The notes under the pieces: generated by a model | Seen by the model: the letters and a program-made list of their open reading frames with translations, nothing else | Databases searched by the model: none | Told to the model about the DNA's origin: nothing | Made by a program: the position numbers and the translations under genes | Shown: one piece after another, positions 14,360 through 27,957 of the stretch | How positions within the stretch are numbered: the first letter of the stretch is position 1 | Layout: every line of letters begins with the position of its first letter | Assembly (NCBI GenBank): GCA_964016885.1 | Contig: OZ024740.1 | Location: 357,182,001 to 357,246,000 of the forward strand | Reading direction: 5' to 3' | DNA length: 64,000 bases | Source of the DNA: Eledone cirrhosa | Lineage: Eukaryota

Positions 14360-14410
14360 AGCTTCTACAGGACTAGTACTGTTTCATTCAGATGAAATCT
14401 TCAGGAAGCT
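14360..14410 (-). ncRNA. Minimal hammerhead ribozyme (family D)
   Basis: Minus strand AGCTTC-CTGAAGA-TTTCATCTGAAT-GAAA-CAG TACTAGTC CTG-TA^-GAAGCT; 6-bp stem I, stem III CAG/CTG with palindromic ACTAGT in the loop, GUA triplet; stem II opens with an atypical U-U pair. Confidence 0.7.
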
Positions 14411-14636
14411 GGGTGTCATATATATATATAATGTTTATAGCACATTATATACAGTATATATATAAAGCACATTATATACAGTATATATATATATATATAT
14501 ACAGTATATATATAAAGTACCAGTAATGCACTGGGTAATTGCTGGCATTGTGCCTAAAATAGAAACAATTATATACAGTATATTCCCACATAAATCCAAT
14601 GAAACCACATATTTACATATTTCTTGAATGTACTAG

Positions 14637-14873
14637 TAATACATGGTATTACTAGTACATTCAAGAAACAGGCTGTTTCATGTATGTTGTAGCAAAGGCC
14701 GGTATTTACCATTATCAGAAATTGCATGTGTGGCTTGTCATGGCTAACCCCCTGTGAGATGATTAGCCATGACAAGACGTACATACCACTTCTGATAATG
14801 GAGAATGCGAATCTTTGTCAAGAATATCTATGAAACTGATAGTTTCTTGAATGTACTACTAATACCATGTATT
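14637..14873. repeat. Foldback element (long imperfect palindrome)
   Basis: Nested complementary blocks TAATACATGGTATTA.TAGTACATTCAAGAAAC, CCATTATCAGAA and CTTGTCATGGCTAA are each mirrored around ~14752. Confidence 0.7.
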
Positions 14874-16107
14874 AAAACATATTAAAATAACTATTTCTTT
14901 GCATTCTTTCGTAATTGAAAACCACACTCAAGCAACTACACACATAGCGCACACACACATATATATATATTATGTATTATATACAAGTATATTATACACT
15001 ATATATGCATATATATATATATATATATATATACACCCACACGCACTCATATATGTATAAATATACACATCCACACATATATACATACAAATATACTATC
15101 AATTCGTATATACAAGTAATAGCACAGAAATATTCTGAAAAAATATATATAATTATACATCTATATACGTTTTTGTTATAATTGTGTAAATATATATCTA
15201 TATCTATAAAAGCATGCTTCAATATACACATTATTTTCATTGTTGTCGTCTTTCGTGCTGTCAACGATGATGATGATGATGATGATGAGCAGCTTTCATG
15301 AGCGTTATTTTGATGTTGTCTTTGTTTCATTCTCCTTAATTTTTGCTTTTCTTGAAGAAATTATTGCCATTTTTATCAGTTGTAAGGGTGGTGGATTGGC
15401 GGTAGAGTGTCGGACGCCATGCTTTGCCTTTCACCCTTACGGGGCCGATAAAATAAATTACCAGTAATGCACTGGGATAATTGCTGACCTTGTGTCAAAA
15501 GCAGAAACAATTATTATTAGTTGTTTTTGTATGTGTTGTTTAGCCACAGTCGGCCCTGATCTAACAGACCTATTATCAAGGCAATCCAACCGTAACAACC
15601 ATAGCTTTCCACACGTATTTCATCTTAGATTACTTTAGCGGATATGATGTTCAATTGTTTTTTTTATTTTTTTATTTGTGATTTAAGAGAGACTTGGCTG
15701 CTATTTCTTGCAGGTTCAGTGGCCACGTAGAAACGCACTAATTTAGTCATTTTCGTTGTTTAGTTCCAGGTGTGCCTTGATTAAACCGACCTATGATGTT
15801 AATATCGTTCCAGTAATGTGATCTTTATTAGTTAATATTCCAGCCTACATTATTCGATATAGACTTCTTTATTTAAACTATCAGGGTGTTATTTGAGGGA
15901 AATTTGGTTGCTATATCTAAGGGTTTGAGCGACTGCGCAAAGGGTTCGTCTGTTAGCTTTGTCACTCATGTTATGCTTAGCAGTGGTAGCGTCGGCGGTA
16001 ATAGTAGTGGTTTTACGTAGTAAAAATTGTAGCAATGAATGATGGTGTCTTAAATAAGTAAATTGCTATTACATAAATATGATTATTGCCACTACTGTTG
16101 TGATCGT

Positions 16108-16173
<66 letters not shown>

Positions 16174-16278
16174 CATCATCATCACCACCATCATCATCAT
16201 CATCACCATCATCACCATCATCATCATCATCACCATCATCATCACCATCATCATCATCACCATCATCATCACCATCAT
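16108..16278. repeat. (CAT/CAC)n trinucleotide array
   Basis: Direct reading; source of the spurious poly-His ORF. Confidence 0.95.
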
Positions 16279-16471
16279 CGTTGTCGCCATCGTGTTTTTA
16301 CAATTGTTCGTGCTGTTGTTATTGTTGATTCCTTTAAACCATTTCTATTCATTGTTTTCGTGAATAAACTAAGTCAAAGGTTGATCAGGTGGAATATTAG
16401 GTCCCATTTATGTACACATCAGACACTCCATAGTGACCAAGTGCTATGCAATATATATAATACGTGCGTGC

Positions 16472-16555
<84 letters not shown>

Positions 16556-16601
16556 ATATACATATATATACGTATACATATGTATGTATGTATGTATGTA
16601 T

Positions 16602-16682
<81 letters not shown>

Positions 16683-16686
16683 GTCT

Positions 16687-16692
16687 TTTATT
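16687..16692 (-). promoter_or_regulatory. Putative polyadenylation signal AATAAA of the GM2A-like gene
   Basis: AATAAA on the minus strand about 77 nt downstream of the stop codon, just before a (TA)n tract. Confidence 0.45.
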
Positions 16693-16768
16693 TATATACT
16701 TGTAAATTTACTGATTCGATTTTCAAAAACATTAGCCATGATTCCTTTCCGTCGATGCCAATGCTTTA

Positions 16769-16882
16769 TCAAATCTTGAAAAACCATCCTTTACTTCGTT
16801 TTTTTATTGAAAACTTCAGTTCCAGACAACCCAGTTCTTCTTTTTCTTCTCCTAAGACTCGGACTTGAAGCTTGTAATGACC
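16769..16882 (-). CDS. GM2 activator-like protein, terminal coding exon 4
   Basis: Acceptor tattacag|, phase 0; GHYKLQVRVLGEEKEELGCLELKFSIKKRSKGWFFKI* matches the GM2A C-terminal G.Y.......LGC motif; TGA at 16771-16769. Confidence 0.9.
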   Translation of the reverse strand, partial: GHYKLQVRVLGEEKEELGCLELKFSIKKRSKGWFFKI

Positions 16883-19800
16883 CTGTAATAACAATTACAA
16901 TTACGATGAAAACAATAGTTAATATGTACAAATAATACTTAAAATGAATATTTATGGCTAGTCAGAAATGATTAAATATTATTAAAACAGGCAGTAGATT
17001 GACAGTATCAGTAGAGCGTCAGACACCATGCTTTGCAGAGTTATGGCTCTTTATGTTCTGAGTTCAAATCCCGCCGAGGTTAACTTTGCCTTTCATCCTT
17101 ACGGGGTCGATAAAATAAAGTACCAGTAATGCACTGGGGTAATTGTTGGCCTTGTGCCAAAAGTAGAAACAAATATTAAAACAAAATTAAAATTTGGTTT
17201 TTCGCTTTAACATAGCGGATTATTCATCTTTTGGAATATAGCTTAGTCAGGAAGAAATGCATGTTTCAGGGTCTCTGAGACTTGTGGGAGGAAGGGAGGA
17301 GTAAATTATCCACCTAATCGGTGACCTATCGTAAATACTTGCAACGGTGTGGATTCCACTAAAGGCGCACAAGGATCAGATGGTTGTGTTAAACTAAGCG
17401 GTGGATTAAGCTATCAGCCAAGAAGATGAATAGACCCTCCACCACGCTTCAACAGAGTTGTTTCTGTTTATTAAATTTCACTTTCAATGTTTAGGCCGAC
17501 CCGAAATAGTTGTCCAATATACCGCGCATGGCAATGAATCCGAACCAAATTTACTGATTCTCTATGTTATCCGTTTGCTGTGTGTAAATGTGGTTCGTAT
17601 ACAATTCTTACAAGTGACTGTTTTAATAAACTGACCAAGAATATATTTCTACATTGGCACAAGTCCCCAAATATTGAGGGTATCAATCCTGATTCATGTC
17701 AACCGTGATTCAAGAAACAAAAGCATTCTATGACCATTTGCTTTTTGATTGATATTTAAAATGGCATCATCGAATGAGTCCTTCTTAGTTTAAGACAGTG
17801 GAGTCTGATTTGAGGAAGACTGGGCTTTCTTTTTCTAACATATCTAGTAATCACATAGAGGTCTCCGCTGGCTCAAATGTTTCGTAATTCTACACATTTA
17901 GTGTGGAGAAGCACAGTTGACAGGCTGATCTAAATCCATACATCATACTCATTGAAGTTAATCAGAGCTGGGATGAATAAAATCGTGTTTGCTCTCAGTC
18001 CTTTCAATCTTCTTCACCTAATCTCTTTCGCCATAGCCGCATGTGGAAAACAGCTTGCCTTCTTGGCCAAAGGTAATTGCCAGGGCGATCCTCACAATGA
18101 ACTCCGTTACTAGCTAGAACTGTACTCGTTGCAACAACAGATGTTCAACAGCAAGGCTCGGATAGTGAAGATGGACGCCATCGCTAATTTGCAATAATAT
18201 AAGTTATTTTCTCTCGGCTTTCTATTGCTTAGGGTGTTCTTTACAGGAACCTGTTATTTGCGCAAATGATCACTGCGATTATAAGCTTAACAGAAGGGGA
18301 ATGATTAATAGAATCAGTAGAGCATTGGATAAAATGCCTTGCAGTATTTAGTTACGTCCCTTTATATTCTGAGTTCAAACTCCACGGACGTGAACATTGC
18401 AAGTTCAATAAAATAAAGTACCAGTATAAGTAAAAATCAATATTATTCGGTTGTTGATGTTGTTGGCATCAATTGTAGTGTTGTTGGTGGTATTGTTATT
18501 GTTACTATTTTTGACACGGTTCGTGGTCTTGATTGTTGAAGACACATTTTACCATTAATTTCCTTGTCGTCATCATCACCGCCGCCGCTTCACCATATCT
18601 GGCACATGTGTTGCTGTTGATAGTGGTAATGGTGGTGTTGGTGAAATTAGTGAGTGTGAAACCGCCATCATGGCTTGTTGGAATGAAAGGGTGGAAATTG
18701 TATGCTTTCTATTGTTTCATCGAAGAGGAAGGCGCCCATTTTGTTTCACTGGTATTACCTTGCTTGTTTCTTCTTGTACAATTATTTCGCAACTCGATGC
18801 CATATTAAAATAACTATTTTCGTTTTAAAAACTATTTTTGAATATTGGCAATACAAAGATTCCGTGGAACCTTAGTATACATAGGTACCACCAAATAACA
18901 AGAGGAGAGAACCTTTATGTAGACGCTGGATCTGTTACAAAAAAGGCAAAACATCCTCGAATCGCATTCAATGTTGTCTAAGGTGTAGAAAAGACGTGAT
19001 GGTCATGACTGGAATGCCTTTGATTATGACTCGATCTGAGCTAAACAGCAACAACTAATCTTGTCAAGAATGACAATAACTATTGGTAATAATATTTTGA
19101 CACTGATATAGAAATATCGATATCTTAAAATATTGTACAGTTACAACCGTTTCCGTTCTCCGTTTAAAGCTCACCGAGGTTACATTTGTTTTTCATTCTT
19201 CTGGAACCGCTAGAATAAGTACCAGTCAAGCACTGGGTTCGATGTAATCATCTTTATCCAGCTTCATAAATGTTAGGCCTTGTATCTATATAAGAAATCA
19301 GTATCGTGCAGATGTGAGGTGGAAGTCTAGCAAGTATAGCGACTTCTCAATTAAAATGGAATCATTATGGTATGTAAGGAATGTGGCCATCATTTGTAAT
19401 TAGTACAATTGTAATATAATTGTTTCTACTTTTTGGCACAAGGCCAGCAATTACCCAGTGCATTACTGGTACTTTATTTTATCGACCCCGTAAGGATGAA
19501 AAGCAAATTAACCTCGGCTGGATTTGAACTCAGAATGGCAAGGGCCGTAACTCTATGCGTCAAAGCATGGCATCTGACCCTCTATCGATACTGCCAAATG
19601 GTTACTGATTTAGGCACAAGGCCAACAATTTGGGGGCCGGGAAAGTCGATTGAATCGACCCCCAGTGCGTTAATAGTTCTTCATTTTATCGACCCTTTGA
19701 GGATATGTGGTATTTTGTTATTGATTCTAGGTAGCTGTCCCACTTTTGTAGCATATATTGAATATAGGTACCTTTCATCTACATGTTTCCACTGCTTTGC

Positions 19801-19889
19801 AATACTCTTTTCTAATATCACCTAGTCTTCGCACTCCTAATCCCCATAATTATTATTATTGATGGTTTGTAAGGTAAATATTGACCTGG

Positions 19890-20900
19890 GCTCTGTCTGA
19901 CTGCACTGGAGCGTTTGCTCTTTCATTTTTTGTGATAAGGTCACGCTCAACTCGTGAGGCGGTTCATTTGCTGCCTACACACGCAGCATGGTGGAGAACT
20001 TGGCAAACCGTGGCTGATGATTCGCAAACATGTGCTGAAGCTATGTAATTTCCAGCTTTTCCTCGACGGTGAACATGTGTGGTCGCCGTTTGTTAGACGC
20101 ATTTTACCCAGTCTCTTTGAAAGACATGCAGTCCTGGGTCAAGCGAAGACCTACAGGGAGCATTTGGAAACTGGAATGTCTTCAAGCGCTCACAGCCCTT
20201 AGTCAATCGAGCAGTACGATTGTAAACACCACCATGGCGTTCTATAGTGGAGGGCAAAATCAACGATGTTCTTGGGAAGGCTTTAGGCGTCGATGAAAAT
20301 CAGCTAACCATTTCTTGCCCGATGAGTTTCGGTCCGGGGCCCATAGATAACGTCCAGAAATCCCTCATATGGCTGTTCTACCGGGGGACATTGCCAGTTT
20401 ACATTCTACAGGCATGGAAGTGCCGCCAGCCGGGCTTGTCCGAGATGCACACAGACCGACGAAACCATTCTGCACGCATTCGTTGAGTGTTCGAGTATTG
20501 CTTTTGGATTTATGGCGAATACCTGCTGTCAAGTGTAGAACGGATCCGACTATCAGCTAACTCCACCGTGAAGGACAAGCCGTTTTTATCTGTTTTGTGG
20601 CCCTGGTGAGAGAGCTCATGTGGTGTACACGTTTGAAAAATTTGAAGACAAGCACTTTCCTCTTCGAAGATGCCCTGATTAACTTTTTCAGGTTTCACCC
20701 GAAGACGAAAATCAGGTTGGAGAGGGAAGTGCTACCTTCCAGGCAGTTTGTTGAAAGGTGTGAAAGAGTGATGAGCATAGGCCGAGTGATTGGGTCTGCT
20801 CTGAGTATGCGCCTGTAGATTAGAGGAGAACAACTTGGGATGGTGAACTTGCCCTAGCGGCCAGGGTGTCGTGGCTTTTTGTAGGCTTTCTCCATGATTG
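19890..20900 (+). mobile_element. Degenerate Tx1-like 3' fragment of the same family
   Basis: VRRFICC.H..HGG..G.PWLMIRKH and KIRLEREVL...FVER parallel the 32552-34247 element; many frameshifts. Confidence 0.7.
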
Positions 20901-21466
20901 ACACTCGGAGGTTTCTCTTTTTTGTTTGAATTTTTAAATGTTTAATTTTTAGTTTTTGTTTTAGTTTTGTTTTAAACTTTTCCTAAAAAAAACCCTCACT
21001 GTAGTGTGCCGTCTTAGAATCAGTAGAGCATCGGACAACATGCTTTGTGGCATAGAGTTATCGCCCTTTACATTCTGAGTTCAAATCCCGCCGAGGTTAG
21101 CTTTGCCTTTCATCCTTACGAGATCGATAAAATAAAGCATCAGTAAGTACTGGGGTCGATTTAATCGACCCCCCCCCTCAATTGCTGGCCTTGTGCCTAT
21201 AGTAAAAACAATCTTTATTATTATTATTACTCCAATTCCGCCGAGGTTAACTTTCCCTTTCATCCTTACGGAGTCGATAAAATAAAGTACCAATCACGCA
21301 CAGGGATCGATTTAATCGACTAACCCCTTCCCCCAAGTTGCTGGCCTTGTGTCGATATAAAAAATTATTATTATTATTATTTTTATAAAACAGTTATTTG
21401 GTTTTAAATATATTCTGAAAAAAATGAAATATCTAAAAATGCATCAACAATAACCAGTATACTTAC

Positions 21467-21641
21467 GTTGATAAGTGGACCAGCAAACCCTCCAAATTTT
21501 GGGATATTTAGTGGCAATTTGTCTATTCGGAAATCTCCATGAAGAAATGGACAGTGGCATCGTAAATTCTTATTAGATAATTCTTTCGGACAGCCATATA
21601 TTTGATATTTTTCAAGGCTATTGCAGACATTTTCATACGTG
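21467..21641 (-). CDS. GM2 activator-like protein, coding exon 3
   Basis: Acceptor tttatcaag|, donor |gtaagt; 175 nt (1+58 codons) encoding (C)TYENVCNSLEKYQIYGCPKELSNKNLRCHCPFLHGDFRIDKLPLNIPKFGGFAGPLIN, with the GM2A motifs CTY...C, CP and CHCPF..G. Not present in the ORF track in this frame. Confidence 0.9.
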
Positions 21642-22215
21642 CTTGATAAATAAAGAGAAATAAAGAGAAATATTGTGTAAAGATAAAATTGGAAAATGAA
21701 TTAAATATACAACTCTCATACAATCTATATTATAGTTTACCTGTAAAATATTTAATGAAGTGCAAAACCCTCTTATGGTTTATTTGGGGGGATTTAATGT
21801 CAAAAAGGAGGAGGAAGAAGAAGAAGAAGAAGAAGAAGAAGAAGAAGAAGAAGAAGAGAGCGGTTGATTGTCAGTATCGGTAGAGCTTTGGACAACATAC
21901 TTTGCAGTATATAGTTACGTCCCTTTATTTACAGAATTCAAATCCCTTCTTACGGGGTCGATGAAGAAGAAGAAGAAGAAGAAGAAGAAGAAGAAGAAGA
22001 AGAAGAAGAAGAATGGAAATAATTAAGCTAGCTCCCAATGATATTGAAATGAAAATAAATATTCAGTGTGTCGTTACGTAATATGGTAAAGCTAGTAGTG
22101 ATGGAAATATAAGCGTACAAGGCTGTTATCCCGTACTGCAGGCTAATGAGAACATTCACCAGTTATACACTGTTCTCCTACATATTTTCAGCAAGTAATA
22201 ACTACTACAACTACA

Positions 22216-22285
<70 letters not shown>

Positions 22286-22482
22286 TTACTACTACTACTA
22301 CTACTATAAATTTGGTACTTATCTCTGGTTTTGGTCGCATTAAACATTAAACATAATAAGTATAACTATTAGTTGTTAATGAGCTGCAACGTACAGATTA
22401 CGTTTTAGCACAACTGGTGATTTGCAGTTTTTACCGCTGCTATAAATGCCTCTTCCCGTAACAATTGTCACTCCAGACAAAT

Positions 22483-22702
22483 AATGGTTTCTTATATAGG
22501 CACAAGACCAGCAATTTTAGGGAAGGGGAAAGTCGATTAAATCGACTCCAGTGCGTGACTGGTACTTTATTTTATCGACCCTGAAAGGATGAAAGGCAAA
22601 GTTAACCTCGACGGGATTTGAACTCAGATCATAAAGGGCTGTAGCTCTATGCTGCAAAGCATGGCGTTCGACCCTCTACCGATACTGTCAATCCACCGCC
22701 CT
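22483..22702 (-). mobile_element. tRNA-derived SINE, full-length, with direct repeat flanks
   Basis: Same family; flanked by CTCCAGACAA on both sides (22471-22480 and 22705-22714). Confidence 0.8.
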
Positions 22703-23199
22703 TCTCCAGACAATTAATAAAAAGACCTTAGTTACATTATTGGCGAACGTGTTCTTTCAGTTGGCAATCGTGTATTGTTATTATGTAACCAAACTAGCCT
22801 TAAAACGACAAACTCGATTACAATTTGAACATTTAAAAGGAATTTCTATAGTTATCGAGTTTTATTTTCTTGCGTTTCATTCTAATTTTATGATTTCAAT
22901 GCGATTCTCATCAAAATGTTTTGACATATTAGGGATACTTTTTCTTCTTGATGCTTTATCAATTGCATTTTTCTCAAAAATCTCGCCTTAATTCTACTAT
23001 TTTTTCTGGTCAGATAAAAGGCTGTGTTTAATAGCTTACTTCGATTTGTGAGGACTTTTACCAGAATATAGTTCTCCATAGAATAGGTGCTTTAGAATTC
23101 CTTCATCTTCCCAACTCTGTTACGTTGCGCCAGTGCATGTAAACTTACATTTGTTATCTAGAAAATCCCAACAATACACAGTCTTTTCACGATATATGC

Positions 23200-23524
23200 A
23201 AAGTACCGGTCGCCCTCCGACAGGCTCGCGGTCGTACTATTGGCAGTGGAAACTTCTGGTGTCTTGGCCCTAGGGCTACCTCCCTACTCATCACCATAGG
23301 TGCTGAGCTGGCCAGCCGCAGGTGTGAGCCTCGCGAGTTGGATGGCTCTTCCAGCGCATCTCCCTGACTATCCTCCGGGGAAACGTCTTCTCCATTCTGT
23401 CCGCCAGGGCTGTGGGGAGGCCAGCAGGTGGGACCCCACTTGCTCACCATACGGAGAGATAGAGCGGGCGAGAAAGATGGAGGCGATGACAGTAGGAGTT
23501 CGGCTCTTCCACGTTCGGACCATA
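23200..23524. repeat. Unclassified GC-rich dispersed repeat (copies at ~4295-4420, 12350-12504, 58645-58806, 61455-61770)
   Basis: Shared core GGAAACGCCTTCTCCATTCTGTCCGCC.GGGCTGTGGGGAGGCCAGCACGTGGGACCCCATTTGCTCA; four copies share the right end CTTCC.CGTTCGGAC. Confidence 0.75.
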
Positions 23525-24718
23525 TCCTTGTGGTTATGTTCATCAAGCCCTAGTGCAGTAATGAAATCAGTACTTTGTGAGTGGGATTCACACAGTTTAT
23601 TCTGTGCAAAATTTGTCAAGCTATTTTTGTTGCAAACGCTTCAACTGTTTAACATGCTTTGAACATAATGTCTATGTCCATATTTCATAGCCATACAGCA
23701 AAACGAACAAACTACACACACCCACACACGCACACACAAACACACACACACACACACACATATATATATGCACACACGCGCGCATACAAACACATACAGA
23801 TTTGAGTCGAGTTATCTATAACTTTTCTTGTCAAGGTCATTTTTGTGTTTATGTCTGTTTTGTATAGTTTTTGACAAATATAAAACAAATATTCAGTGAC
23901 ATCTTATCCCTCAATGAAATGAATTAAGTGCAATGTCGTATAAAACAACAACAACAACAACAACAACTGTATATTCTAGATTAACTATAAACTAAATTTG
24001 ATAGACACTTCGGTGAATCGGTTATGTTCACAGGGAAATAAATAGCATTTCAAGGCACATGCTATTCCACAAACCTACCGCCGCTTGACAGTGTCAAACA
24101 GAAACTACAAACTGGCATTGAATCTATTCGTATAAGGGTCTATTTTCTTACATTATAGCACAAGGTTACATATTTTCAAGTCAGATTGTTTAGTCAATTG
24201 AATCTCCTCCACTATATGACCTACTGTTGCGGTTGTTTCCAACAGGTCAGCTACGATTGAGTCTAATCTATGATTAATGGCATCGCAGCCTTCATCATTC
24301 GAGTTGGGTTTTTTTCTGGTATAGGGTATATCGAATTTCTAATGTGGGATTTGAGAGAGATTTGGCCGTTATATTGAACAAGAACTTAAAAACTCTCTTG
24401 TTGACTCATATGTGACTGTTACCTTTGAATCATTCATGAGTTCGGCTCAGAAGGATGGAAGATAAAGTTGAACTAAGCAGAATTGTATCTCAGAATGTAG
24501 AAGCAGGATGCTAAATACATTCGTCAAGTATTATATTGTCACGGGCATTCCATCGGGTTTGTTCTAAAATTAATTCTACTGTTATTACTAATATATTTTC
24601 CTTTGAATTTCTTCTATACATCTTGGAAAAGTATTGCAAGGAGCGAACCAAATATCTCTCAAAATCCATTTTGTCTTAGGAATATCATGTATCTAGAGTT
24701 TACATCTATGGGTTAGAT

Positions 24719-25055
24719 CAGTGATTCTCGACGTGGGGCGCACGCCCTACGGGGGGGGGGGGGGGGGGGGGGCAATTGAGTATTTAAGAGGGCCATTTAA
24801 AAATGATGTTAATGAGAACAAACTTAAGGTTTTACTTTATTACTTTTACACCAAGGCAACTTTGGTACACATTACTGTCAGAAACTCTTATCTCACCTCT
24901 TCTTCCACATGTTATTGTGTATCTAGCACCACCTATACACCAATTTGTTTACATTTTGCAATTGGTCATTGCTGTTTTCATATCAAAGAGGAGGGGCATA
25001 ACAGTTTTTTAGATGTTGAGGTGGGGCATGGTACACAGAAGGTTGGAAACCACAG
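24719..25055. mobile_element. hAT-superfamily MITE
   Basis: Imperfect TIRs CAGTGATTCTCGAC / GTTGGAAACCACAG and a perfect 8-bp target-site duplication GGTTAGAT (24711-24718, 25056-25063). Confidence 0.8.
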
Positions 25056-26824
25056 GGTTAGATAGAAGAGGAAGGGTAGAGTTCATGACGCTTTTCCTAG
25101 GATCTGTGACAGTTGGGAGGGAAAATAAACACTAGTCGTCATTAAGAAGAAAGAGAGATTTAATTTGTTGGAGAATGTGACTCTTAATGACTATCTCTAT
25201 CAACGTTTAGATGCTGGAAGTGAGTGTGACATGATGACAAGCTCTTCTTGAGAATGGAATATTCTATAGCGTGCAACCAAAGATCGGTACATATCTTTGA
25301 AGAATGAGAACTAAAGGTTGAAGTGTTTGGTAATGATAAGGGCTAGCTCTAGGACGCATTGTTTGATGGTAATGCGAGGGACAATGTTGGGGTGATGCAG
25401 TTGGAGATAATTTTGTACTTAGTGTGCATGCGTACATGGGAGAGAGCCTGATGGAGTGGAGAGGGTTAGTTTGGAAGGAGATTTATCTAAGTGTTTGCAA
25501 TGTGGAGTTGGTTGCAAAGCGAGGAGCAAATGAGAAGTCTTTCTCTGTAGAGGCACTACATATAGACTTATGACTAAGTAATGGAGTCCAGGAGTATTCC
25601 GTAAAGTTGGTGTAAATTCGTTCGGCTACAAACCAAACGGACCAGCTGCAGTTTGGAAGGGTGGAAGGTCTTACATGTTTTACAATGCAGCAAAGTATGT
25701 TTCTGATGATGGTCTTGCAGTGGTTGCCGGGGTAAAGCTACCTAGTTTGTAATGATAGGTAATTCTATCCATGAGTTGTAAGTTGTGTATTTGTCTTTTT
25801 ACTTCAACTATGCAACTATGATCAAACCACTTGAGAAACTTGGGGATAAAAGTTGTGTTTGTGTGGAATGTGGATGGGTATATCTAGATGAGTTCACTCG
25901 GCCGTCTAGCTTCCTATTCAGATAACTTGAAGTGCCATATGCAATGGGAAGTTTGGTGATGCGTAGTATGTCCAACTGAAAACATCCATGGAAGTGTAGA
26001 TGGCATCATTAAGCCATGACAATTCAACAAAACCCCACCGGAAGCTTGATCTGAATATTTGCCACAGAGCAAACTGCGCTGAAAATATCAGAAGATGGTA
26101 TTAACCCAGGCATTACAATATGCCTACATTTCCCCCTTAAAAAAGGTGAGCTACCCTCTGTGCATTCAATTCATTCGCCGTGTGAAGACCCAGTGTTAAC
26201 GACATGTCAACAGTGTCAAAATCATAGTTAAAGGTTTGCTTACACATCTAATGTAGTGAGCCCAAAAGACTTTCAGTGTTGGAGAATGAAGATTTGTTTC
26301 TAAGGTATATTAGTTTCGGGAACAAGAAGTCAATGCAGCACGTTTGTATGAGCAGTTATTAAGGCATGTGTAGCTTGCAAATGGTTGGCAACTGTTATGA
26401 TATTTTCTAACCCTAAAAAGACAGCATATACTTTAATATGCAATTTGGCTGTGCTACATACGCACGAATTTATTTAACTTTAAGGACTTTATTAATGGAT
26501 TTTTAACCAACACATCTCACCATTAAATTACTTGGAATGTCACCGTAAATGTTTCTAAACCTGAGAGTGCACCATTGAAAAGTAGAGGTAGCGCCATATA
26601 GTGACCCCCTCCTTGAGTGACGGGCCTGGAAATTGTTGTTTGATCAAACAGTCTTATGATCTAAAGCCGTTCCAGTCGTATCCCCCTTAATCTTTTGTTC
26701 ATGAAGGACGTTTGGCTGCTGTTTTTGGTAGGTCGAACAACCAGATAGAAGCTCACTCGCTGGTTAGAACAAGGATAAGGGAAAAGACACCATGAAATAT
26801 TGAGTGGAGTAGAGAGAGAGAGAG

Positions 26825-26926
<102 letters not shown>

Positions 26927-27146
26927 GGGGAGGGCATGAATGAGACAAAGTATATGTGGGTTAGAGAGAGAAAATGAAACGGAGAGTAAGACTGAGTGGA
27001 AAAGAGAAGGAAGGGTATGCCTATAAGTATAAGTGTGCGAGTGTAAATGTGTTTTGTTGAACTTAAATACTCCACATGTGAATGTGTGGATGAAAACATG
27101 TGTGTGTAACAATAAAGTTGACAGTAAAAGAGAGGGGTGGTTAGGC

Positions 27147-27178
<32 letters not shown>

Positions 27179-27259
27179 TTAGAGTGAATTTCTTAAAACA
27201 AACAAAACCCTGATATTCACTCACATACATATTTAAAACACATATAAATATAAATTTAC

Positions 27260-27464
27260 CAAGAACCAAATCTTCGGTTGAAACAAGGCAGCTGGAAAGG
27301 GACCTTGAATATGTACTTGGTGACATTAAGGTCAACGCTCAAACGTCGTGGGAGGTCGTGACTCAATGTACCTGCCATGCTTAAGTAGAGTGTTCCTGGC
27401 GCAATAATAGGCATTGGGTTGATTCTTACATGGTTTATTGCGATGACACGCTCTGGATCTTTAC
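27260..27464 (-). CDS. GM2 activator-like protein, coding exon 2
   Basis: Acceptor ttttgaag|, donor |gtaaat; encodes (G)KDPERVIAINHVRINPMPIIAPGTLYLSMAGTLSHDLPRRLSVDLNVTKYIFKVPFQLPCFNRRFGS(C), matching the GM2A motifs P.PI..PG and PC....GSC; phase 1 in, phase 2 out. Confidence 0.9.
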
Positions 27465-27488
27465 CTTCAAAATAGAAACAAAACGAAA

Positions 27489-27523
<35 letters not shown>

Positions 27524-27724
27524 TATGTACACGTACATACATATATGTATACAGACGTACAGTAGTATGTATATATATACATACATGCACACACATATAT
27601 ATATGTACGTATGGATTCACCGAACATTTATTATAATGCTCGGTGTGTTTGTAAACAAACATCCCGTATTAAGCCGTAGTGTCTAGCAACCATCGTTGCT
27701 CGTTTGTTCAACACTGACAAAGGA

Positions 27725-27767
27725 ACGCTGTACTAGTTCCAAGCTTATTAGCTATCGTCAGCAACGT
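27725..27767 (-). ncRNA. Degenerate minimal hammerhead (family E; GGAA instead of GAAA)
   Basis: Minus strand ACGTTG-CTGACGA-TAGCT AATA AGCTT-GGAA-CTAG-TA^-CAGCGT; 6-bp stem I and palindromic ACTAGT, but one core substitution, so probably inactive. Confidence 0.55.
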
Positions 27768-27888
27768 ATACCTTCCTGCCAGATTGTTGAACGTATATAT
27801 ATCCTTACCTTATGCATATTAACGGCTGAGTAGCCCAATTTGCATATCGAGTGGGTTAATCGGCCGGGTGCACCGAAAACGATAAACG

Positions 27889-27957
<69 letters not shown>

